NCBI GenBank assembly: GCA_964540765.1
Contig: CAZINW010000019.1
Span: 1 to 19,489, forward strand
Length of the DNA: 19,489 nucleotides
Direction of reading: 5' to 3'
Source: an uncultured Anaerolineaceae bacterium
GTDB lineage: Bacteria > Chloroflexota > Anaerolineae > Anaerolineales > Anaerolineaceae
Under the pieces are notes generated by a model. It saw only the letters and a program-made list of their open reading frames with translations, did no database searches and had not been told where the DNA came from. Position numbers and translations under genes: made by a program. Every line of letters begins with the position of its first letter. Position 1 is the first letter of the stretch. Below are positions 1 to 5,715 of the stretch, one piece after another.

Positions 1-2
1 GC

Positions 3-134
3 GTCACCGCAGTCGAGGCGGGTCCGCCCAGGCACTGGATCATGCCAATTCTGGCATTTGGAACCTGCGAAGCGCCCGTGCCCCTGCATGAGATTTTCGT
101 AGGGCGTGTTGGGTTTCGGGCATGCCTGAATTGA
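3..134 (+). CDS. Possible 3' end (about 43 codons) of an unidentified gene entering from the left edge
   Basis: Frame 3 is open from the window edge to TGA at 132-134. The translation VTAVEAGPPRHWIMPILAFGTCEAPVPLHEIFVGRVGFRACLN has a protein-like composition. It would converge on the minus-strand gene ending at 346. No start is visible, so the call is weak. Confidence 0.2.
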   Translation, partial: VTAVEAGPPRHWIMPILAFGTCEAPVPLHEIFVGRVGFRACLN

Positions 135-345
135 CTTTATCTTATGTTTTATAAAAGCGATCAAATGTTATCGCCCTCCACCCAACCTACCTAAAAACTC
201 AGGCAACCGTTTGCTCAAACCAAAGCACAGGTACGGCGCCCCAGAAATGAACTGGGATTAAAATGCCATGCCGCTACAAATCATCTCGACTTTCTGACTG
301 TTGGATTATTTGACTGGCGACTAATTATTTAAAACTGCCCCTATG

Positions 346-843
346 CTACGGGAGGTAAAGATATTCCTCCAAATCTGCCACTTGGTAGTTCTTGCCCCTG
401 GCAATCACCACAAAGCCTTCCGACTCAAGCAGGGCTTTGTGGGCTTCCTGTCCGCCCGGATATTTGTCATTGAGAAAGCCATCTGCTTTGAGCGTACGCC
501 ACCAGGGAATGCGGGTTAAGGCAGAATTCTCCCCACTGGCTTTGACCTCTTCGACTGCATTGGCAATGGTCATGATAAAGATGCCACTGGTGAGGGAGCA
601 GCAGCCCTGAACGCCATGCTTCCTGGCGATTGCCAGGCATATCTCGCGCAGTGTGATCAAATGCCCCTGAGGGACAGCAGCCATAAAGGGAAGCACTTCA
701 GAAGGATTGACAATAACCACCTCATCCCCCGCGTTGGCACCCATCTTGTGAACGGCATTGTAACAGGGAAAACCTTCTTGCAAGATCAATACTTTGGGAT
801 AACCTGGTTTATCCTGCATCTTTTGCAGCCATGTTTTTTTCAT
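346..843 (-). CDS. MGMT-fold alkyltransferase-like (ATL) protein, i.e. an O6-alkylguanine-DNA alkyltransferase homologue without the catalytic cysteine
   Basis: The C-terminal half carries an HTH-like LITLREICLAIARKHG segment followed by IPWWRTLKADGFL....GGQEAHKALLESEG. This aligns with the MGMT IPCHRV....GG..K..LL..EG signature, but with Cys replaced by Trp, as in PWHRV-type ATL proteins. I chose ATG 843..841 as the start. It is preceded by TAAGGAGGT with a 7-nt spacer and by a sigma70-like promoter. The ORF-finder's longer frame begins at GTG 945 and has no RBS. Confidence 0.55.
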   Translation of the reverse strand: MKKTWLQKMQDKPGYPKVLILQEGFPCYNAVHKMGANAGDEVVIVNPSEVLPFMAAVPQGHLITLREICLAIARKHGVQGCCSLTSGIFIMTIANAVEEVKASGENSALTRIPWWRTLKADGFLNDKYPGGQEAHKALLESEGFVVIARGKNYQVADLEEYLYLP

Positions 844-874
844 CCAAATAACCTCCTTATCTGTTTTACCAGGC

Positions 875-903
875 TTTATACGCCCGTACTCTGCTCCTAC
901 AAA
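875..903 (-). promoter_or_regulatory. Putative sigma70-type promoter for the ATL-like gene
   Basis: On the minus strand the sequence reads TTTGTA, a 17-nt spacer, then TATAAA, followed about 14 nt later by the TAAGGAGGT Shine-Dalgarno and ATG 843. Confidence 0.4.
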
Positions 904-1090
904 CGATGCATACAAGGCATCAGGAGCGGGTTCAAAGCCAGCCACAGATGCAGCTTGTATTCATTAACGCCGCCTGGTCTGTTCTGACGTCATGAACCCT
1001 ATAGTGGCTGTTCCGAAATTGGTAAAAGGGAAAGCCAGGACACAAAGCGACCCTCAATTAGGCAAACCATGCGGTTCAAGCATTATCTAT

Positions 1091-1118
1091 TTAAACTCAC
1101 TTTTGATTATAGTATACT
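1091..1118 (+). promoter_or_regulatory. Putative promoter for the flotillin gene
   Basis: TTAAAC (1091-1096), a 16-nt spacer, then TATACT (1113-1118), about 40 nt upstream of ATG 1159. This reading is weak. The -10 overlaps the 8-bp palindrome AGTATACT. Confidence 0.25.
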
Positions 1119-1158
1119 CATTAATGGTCGCATTTTCGATGTGACCAAGGAGAAAAAT

Positions 1159-3144
1159 ATGGGTCAGACAATCATTATTATCGTGGCAGTGCTTCTAGCG
1201 CTCTCGTTGTTATCTGGGATCCGTTTTATTCCCAATAACCGTATTGGTATCGTAGAAAAACGTTTTGGCAGACGTTCGGTGAAGGGAGGATTTATGGCCC
1301 TGCACGGCGAAGCAGGTTATCAACCGGATGTGTTGCGCGGAGGTCTTCATTTTTTGATGCCTGTCCAGTTCAGGGTTCATATCATGCCACTTGTGACGAT
1401 CACCCAGGGGAAGATCGGTTATGTATTTGCCCGTGATGGAGAACCCCTGAGCGCCATGCAGGTGCTGGCATCCAATGTTACCGCCAATGATTTTCAGGAT
1501 GTCACTCATTTCCTGACGAATGGCGGTCAACGCGGTCCTCAGCGCCAGCTACTGCGCGAAGGAACGTATGCAATCAACCTGGTACAGTTTGTCGTTATCA
1601 CTGAAGAACGAGTTTACAGCATGCCCCTCAGCAAGGATGATGATATGATCATCCAAAGTATGGCATCTGTAATAAGCACCCGCAAGGGATTTTCGCCAGT
1701 TGTGATCAAAGATTCGGATGATTCGATCGGGATTGTAACCGTGCACGATGGTCCATCTCTGCCTTCGGGTGAGATCATTGCTCCCGTTGTGGGCGGTGAT
1801 TACGATGATCCGAATACCTATCATAACAACTTCCAGATGCCGGATCGCTTCATTAACGCCAATGGTTTACGTGGTCGCCAATTGCAGGTGTTGGTGGAAG
1901 GTACCTACTATCTTAACCGCCTGTTTGCCACTGTGGAAATGATTGCCAAGACGGTGATCGAAGTTGGTTTTGTCGGTGTGGTTGTTTCATATACTGGCGG
2001 TGTTAGCGAAGACCTGTCCGGAACAGAATACCGTCACGGCGAACTGGTAAGCAAAGGTAGCCGCGGTGTGTGGAACGTACCGCTCCTGCCGGGTAAATAT
2101 GCCTTTAACACTTATGCCGGTAAGGTTGTGCCAGTGCCAACCACGAACATTATTCTTAAATGGATCAGATCCGAGGTCGGCTCGCATCATTTAGACGAGA
2201 ACCTCTCAGAGGTTTCATTGATCACTAAAGATGCCTTCGAACCATCACTGCCGCTCTCTGTGGTGATCCATATTGATTACCAAAAAGCACCATTGGTGGT
2301 ACAGCGCTTTGGGGATGTAAAAAAGCTGGTTGAGCAGACGCTTGACCCCATGGTCTCGGCTTACTTCAAAAATGTTGGTCAAACCCGAACCTTGATCCAA
2401 TTGATCCAGGAGCGCAATGATATCCAGCGCATCTCAAGCCAGGAGATGAAGGACAAGTTTACCCACTACAACCTGGAACTGGAAGAAGTGCTGATCGGTA
2501 CACCTACGACAACTGGTGACGATAAAAATATTGAGATCATTCTGAACCAACTGCGTTCAAGACAAATCGCTGTTGAGCAAATTGAGACTTACCAACGTCA
2601 GCAGACTGCTGCAATGAAGGAACGTGAGCTGCGTGAGGCGCAGGCACGTACTGAACAGCAGCGCAACATTACTGAGTCCGAGTTAAGCATCACAGTTCTT
2701 TCCAACCAGGGTAAGGCGGATTACATGCGCGCCTTGCAACAGGCAGCCCAGATCCGCGCCCTGGCTGAAGCTGAAGCTGAAAAGATCGCCCGCACAGGTA
2801 TTGCCCAGGCTATTGCCACCGAAGAACAGGTGGCGGCTTATGGCGGTCCGCAGTATCAGGTGACTCAGCAGGTGATGAACCGCTTTTCCGAAGCAGTCCA
2901 GCAATCTCGCGTGGATGTGGTGCCACGGGTGGTGGTCGGCAGCGGCGGCGCCGAAGGGGGTGTCTCCACCAGCAGCGTCATGGAGGGCTTGCTCACTCTG
3001 CTGCTCTCTGATAAGCTCAACGTAGAGGTGGCAGGGGGACCCAGCAGGAGGGAACGGGGTGAGGATGCCGAAAAACTACGATCTGAAATTCGCCAGAGTC
3101 TGAGTGAGAAGAAAGAAGTTCCTCCCACTGAAGCAAAAGGCTAA
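1159..3144 (+). CDS. Flotillin-family SPFH/band-7 membrane scaffold protein (FloT/YqiK-like), 662 aa
   Basis: ATG at 1159 is preceded by AAGGAG with an 8-nt spacer. There is an N-terminal TM helix (IIIIVAVLLALSLLSG), then an SPFH-like region, and a long C-terminal coiled-coil with flotillin-type Ala/Glu repeats (ALAEAEAEKIARTGIAQAIATEE). The 1069 start in the ORF track is an in-frame extension with no RBS. Confidence 0.85.
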   Translation: MGQTIIIIVAVLLALSLLSGIRFIPNNRIGIVEKRFGRRSVKGGFMALHGEAGYQPDVLRGGLHFLMPVQFRVHIMPLVTITQGKIGYVFARDGEPLSAMQVLASNVTANDFQDVTHFLTNGGQRGPQRQLLREGTYAINLVQFVVITEERVYSMPLSKDDDMIIQSMASVISTRKGFSPVVIKDSDDSIGIVTVHDGPSLPSGEIIAPVVGGDYDDPNTYHNNFQMPDRFINANGLRGRQLQVLVEGTYYLNRLFATVEMIAKTVIEVGFVGVVVSYTGGVSEDLSGTEYRHGELVSKGSRGVWNVPLLPGKYAFNTYAGKVVPVPTTNIILKWIRSEVGSHHLDENLSEVSLITKDAFEPSLPLSVVIHIDYQKAPLVVQRFGDVKKLVEQTLDPMVSAYFKNVGQTRTLIQLIQERNDIQRISSQEMKDKFTHYNLELEEVLIGTPTTTGDDKNIEIILNQLRSRQIAVEQIETYQRQQTAAMKERELREAQARTEQQRNITESELSITVLSNQGKADYMRALQQAAQIRALAEAEAEKIARTGIAQAIATEEQVAAYGGPQYQVTQQVMNRFSEAVQQSRVDVVPRVVVGSGGAEGGVSTSSVMEGLLTLLLSDKLNVEVAGGPSRRERGEDAEKLRSEIRQSLSEKKEVPPTEAKG

Positions 3145-3166
3145 ATCGATAGCATAATTTAATGAT

Positions 3167-3200
3167 GAAGCGCTTCCACTGTGGGAGCGCTTCTTTTTTA
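3167..3200 (+). terminator. Rho-independent terminator of the flotillin gene
   Basis: GAAGCGCTTCCAC-t-GTGGGAGCGCTTC forms a stem of about 12 bp with one G.U pair. It is immediately followed by TTTTTT, 23 nt after the TAA stop. Confidence 0.8.
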
Positions 3201-3253
3201 AGCTGATTCCAAAGAGAAGGATCGCAATGGGATTTCCTTGATAGAATTATCCA

Positions 3254-3937
3254 GTGCACACTCCCAGACTTGACATTTGCAGCCTCTACGACCAATTTAA
3301 CGCACCCACCACCACGCTGGACTGCGGTCAATTATGCGCGCCTCACAACCCCAACGGCAAGCCTTTTTGCTGTGACACCTGTTACGCAGTGCCGGTGGCT
3401 TACCTGCAGGAATGGGATTACCTGCAGAAGCACACCGACCTCTGGCATGTATGGCGCGGGGATGAGTGCACCGAGGAGCAGGTTGACCCATCCGACATAG
3501 AGACAGATACACCTGAGCATATGTGCCTGCTGGCTTGCCAGGGACCTGCCCACTGCCAGCGCCATTACCGCAGTATAAGTTGTAGGCAGTTCCCATTTTT
3601 TCCCTACATTACCGCGGATGATCGCTTCATCGGCATGGCTTACAACTGGGATTTTGAACCCTTCTGCTGGGTGATCAGTAACCTGGGTGCAGTCACGCCA
3701 GTGTTCAGGCGCGAATTCATGGAGACTTATGACAATTTGTTAAGTGACTGGCCGGACGATTATGACAGTTACTACTACTTGTCTGAGGATATGCGTTCCC
3801 ATTTTTCGAAGATCAGGCGGAGGATCCCCATTTTGCACCGCAACGGCGGGTATTACCTGCTCAGCCCCAAAGATGACCGCCTGGAGCGGGTCGAGCCAGA
3901 CCAGTTTAGACAGTTTGGACCCTTTAGGCGCAATTAA
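3254..3937 (+). CDS. Hypothetical cysteine-rich protein (12 Cys, possibly metal-binding), about 227 aa
   Basis: The 684-nt frame is far longer than chance allows at about 50% GC. The N-terminal third carries a Cys cluster (C-x3-C-x10-CC-x2-C ... C-x3-C-x5-C-x8-C). I do not recognise the family with confidence. The only start available after the upstream in-frame stop is GTG 3254, and it has no Shine-Dalgarno. The first in-frame ATG is about 90 codons in, so the start is uncertain. Confidence 0.45.
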   Translation: MHTPRLDICSLYDQFNAPTTTLDCGQLCAPHNPNGKPFCCDTCYAVPVAYLQEWDYLQKHTDLWHVWRGDECTEEQVDPSDIETDTPEHMCLLACQGPAHCQRHYRSISCRQFPFFPYITADDRFIGMAYNWDFEPFCWVISNLGAVTPVFRREFMETYDNLLSDWPDDYDSYYYLSEDMRSHFSKIRRRIPILHRNGGYYLLSPKDDRLERVEPDQFRQFGPFRRN

Positions 3938-3967
3938 AAATAAAACCCCCGCCAATTCTGGCAGGGG
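3932..3967 (-). terminator. Probable rho-independent terminator for the convergent RRM-protein gene, possibly bidirectional
   Basis: CCCCCGCCA-attc-TGGCAGGGG forms a 9-bp stem with one mismatch (3946-3967). On the minus strand it is followed by TTTTATTTTTAATT, 20 nt after the stop at 3988. Confidence 0.5.
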
Positions 3968-3987
3968 CAATAGAGATCAACCCATTT

Positions 3988-4344
3988 TTAGCGGCGGTCC
4001 CTTGGTCCGCGATTACCTGAACCACGATTACCGGTACCGCGGTTGTCGCCGCGGTTTGAGCCGTAGTTCGGGCGATTGCCATAAGAAGGCCGCTCTTCGC
4101 GCGGTTTGGCAACATTCACCGTCAAAGGTCGTCCGTCCACTTCTTTGCCATTCAGCAGAGCGATGGCTTTTTCAGCCTCAACCTGGCTGCTCATTGAAAC
4201 GAAGGCAAACCCTTTGGGTCTCCCGCTGAAGCGGTCTTTGATTACGTCAACCGTGACAACTGTCCCGGCTTCGCTGAACATGGTCCTGAGGGCATCCTCA
4301 GTTGTGTCAAATGACATATTTCCAACATACAATTTTATTTCCAA
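3988..4344 (-). CDS. RRM-type (RNP-1/RNP-2) glycine/arginine-rich RNA-binding protein
   Basis: RNP-2 is LYVGNM and RNP-1 is KGFAFVSM. The C-terminal tail has NRG/GNRG repeats (NRPNYGSNRGDNRGTGNRGSGNRGPRDRR). There is no in-frame ATG. I chose TTG 4344, which is preceded by GAGGAA with a 4-nt spacer. The ORF track starts at TTG 4356, and a TTG 12 nt further downstream is also possible. Confidence 0.8.
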   Translation of the reverse strand: MEIKLYVGNMSFDTTEDALRTMFSEAGTVVTVDVIKDRFSGRPKGFAFVSMSSQVEAEKAIALLNGKEVDGRPLTVNVAKPREERPSYGNRPNYGSNRGDNRGTGNRGSGNRGPRDRR

Positions 4345-4389
4345 GTTATTCCTCAACTTTTACTGGTGCAGACCCGGTCAAACAAATGA

Positions 4390-4416
4390 CCACCATCGTT
4401 ACAATACGGATGGTGG
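4390..4416 (-). promoter_or_regulatory. Stem-loop in the 5' leader of the RRM-protein mRNA
   Basis: CCACCATC-gttacaatacg-GATGGTGG forms an 8-bp perfect stem with an 11-nt loop. It lies about 46-72 nt upstream of the chosen start and has no U-tract, so it is not a terminator. Confidence 0.35.
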
Positions 4417-4619
4417 CTGGTTAAACACGCAAATCTGATTATAAGATAAATGAAGTATATCATGGAAAGGGCTGTAATGCTATGGCACTTTTTTGAGTGT
4501 CACTTTTTTGACATCAATAAAATGAAGCCTGTTATTTCACTCATAAAAAAGCCAGAAGACGGGCAAAGCCAATCACCATGGGCATGAGTTGGATTGATCC
4601 ATCACCCCAAGAAAAACAA

Positions 4620-4979
4620 TCATTTCAAATACCAGGCACGGTCTTTAAGGAGCAAAATGAGGGGAATAAGGTTGATGACCACAACCACGAGATCGATCCA
4701 GCCAAAATCATCGAAAATGGTTATGACTGCAGCGGCAACGAAAAACACCAAACTCAGGGTGTAGGCTGACTTCTTCGGCTTATCCAGGCGGATGAACATG
4801 AGCGCCAAGAAAACGGCAGTCAAAAGGGATATGATTGCCATACCCCACCTGATCAGAGGTTGGTCCGGCAACGCCGGGTGAAGACCCAGCGCAATGATGA
4901 AACCAAATGCGAGCCAGATGATGGCATTCAACAGAACAAAGAACAAGGTCAGCTTGACTGTAAATGGACGAGAGTTCAT
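4620..4979 (-). CDS. Hypothetical small integral membrane protein (about 4 TM helices), 119 aa
   Basis: ATG is preceded by GGAAAGGA. Four hydrophobic helices are visible. I recognise no family. Confidence 0.55.
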   Translation of the reverse strand: MNSRPFTVKLTLFFVLLNAIIWLAFGFIIALGLHPALPDQPLIRWGMAIISLLTAVFLALMFIRLDKPKKSAYTLSLVFFVAAAVITIFDDFGWIDLVVVVINLIPLILLLKDRAWYLK

Positions 4980-5074
4980 TTAAATTCCTTTCCTGCACGA
5001 TAAGGAAGATGGGCAATCCTGATCATCTTACTCTATGCGGTCAGTATGTGCCATACCTGACGATAAACAAGTGC

Positions 5075-5611
5075 TCAGACCTCAGTGTCACTGCATTCAA
5101 AAGAGGCATACTCTCCAGGCATCTCCAAACTAAAATGCTGGCAGAGAGCTTTGACATCACGATAATCATTTTCATCGAGGGGATAACCGCTATGAAATTT
5201 CAACATCCACTCCGGCGTGATGCATTTGACGGGATAACCATTCACACAACCCTCGCCTGCCAGGGAATCTGGCGGATATGCAATGCCAAAGACAAGGTTT
5301 CCATTGGCGTCGAAGGTAAAGGTATGAATATCAATCAGGTGTCCATGGTCATCTCCCAAAACGAAATTACATTCCCATGTATTGTCGCGCTGGACATCCT
5401 TATAGCCACGGGCTTCAAGCAAAGCACGGATATTTGGCACATCCTTGTGCTGCAGGGCAATGTCCAGGTCAGAATGGGGTCGGGTCTGCCTGCCCAGTAA
5501 GGCATCAACGCCCCAGCCACCATCGACACAAACATCAATCTGGTGCTGTTCCATGAGTTGAATGAACTCAACCACATCCTTTGCACTCATGTCAGGGTCA
5601 TTTGTGTGCAT
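5075..5611 (-). CDS. ANT(2'')-Ia-family nucleotidyltransferase (aminoglycoside-2''-adenylyltransferase-like, PF10706-type)
   Basis: The N-terminal motif VCVDGGWGVDALLGRQTRPHSDLDIAL matches the LWIGGGWAIDARLGRVTRKHDDIDL core of ANT(2'')-Ia. The later block GYPVKCITPEWMLKFHSGY also matches. Family size is about 175 aa, so I chose an internal ATG (5611 or 5590) over the ORF-track start at 5674, which would add a 21-28 aa N-terminal extension. No start has a strong Shine-Dalgarno. Confidence 0.6.
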   Translation of the reverse strand: MHTNDPDMSAKDVVEFIQLMEQHQIDVCVDGGWGVDALLGRQTRPHSDLDIALQHKDVPNIRALLEARGYKDVQRDNTWECNFVLGDDHGHLIDIHTFTFDANGNLVFGIAYPPDSLAGEGCVNGYPVKCITPEWMLKFHSGYPLDENDYRDVKALCQHFSLEMPGEYASFECSDTEV

Positions 5612-5715
5612 TTTGCATTCCGACCTTAATGATTTCCATGAATCTATTGTAACCCTGCTGTCTGTCCATTTCATTCATAAAATAGATCCTTAACTTTGCC
5701 TGGAGAGATACCCTG

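Noticed and set aside
135-345. Non-coding stretch after the edge ORF, screened for a tRNA, an sRNA or a terminator (GCGAT-caaatgtt-ATCGC at about 158-175)
   Set aside because: There is no tRNA-like T-arm or anticodon structure. The hairpin has only a 5-bp stem, so I cannot support a specific feature.
844-945. GTG-initiated 34-codon extension of the ATL-like ORF
   Set aside because: It has no RBS. A perfect TAAGGAGGT plus a promoter lie in front of the internal ATG at 843.
392-987. Two + strand ORFs (392..610 and 616..987) lying antisense or adjacent to the ATL-like gene
   Set aside because: They sit antisense to a frame with recognisable MGMT-fold motifs. They have no RBS and a low-complexity composition. 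These are typical shadow ORFs.
985-992. 8-bp palindrome TGACGTCA (CRE-like) in the divergent ATL/flotillin intergenic region
   Set aside because: An 8-bp palindrome is expected by chance at this scale. It has no repeat partner and no obvious cognate regulator in the window. It may be worth a glance but is not supportable.
1069-1158. 30-codon N-terminal extension of the flotillin ORF in the ORF track
   Set aside because: A strong AAGGAG sits 8 nt upstream of the internal ATG at 1159, and the extension has none. The flotillin N-terminal TM helix begins right after 1159.
3182-3191. TGGGAGCGCT inside the flotillin terminator, which matches the first 10 nt of the LacI operator
   Set aside because: Only a half-site is present. 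It forms one arm of a canonical terminator stem ending in T6. The AGCGCT core is a generic palindrome, so this is most likely coincidence.
3744-4229. 161-aa + strand ORF spanning the end of the Cys-rich ORF, the terminator and the antisense strand of the RRM gene
   Set aside because: It crosses a terminator hairpin and overlaps two better-supported genes. Its composition is Arg/Ser-rich and low-complexity.
4964-5500. 178-aa + strand ORF antisense to the ANT(2'')-like gene
   Set aside because: The opposite strand carries the conserved GGW..D..LGR..R.H.D.D nucleotidyltransferase core. This one has no RBS.
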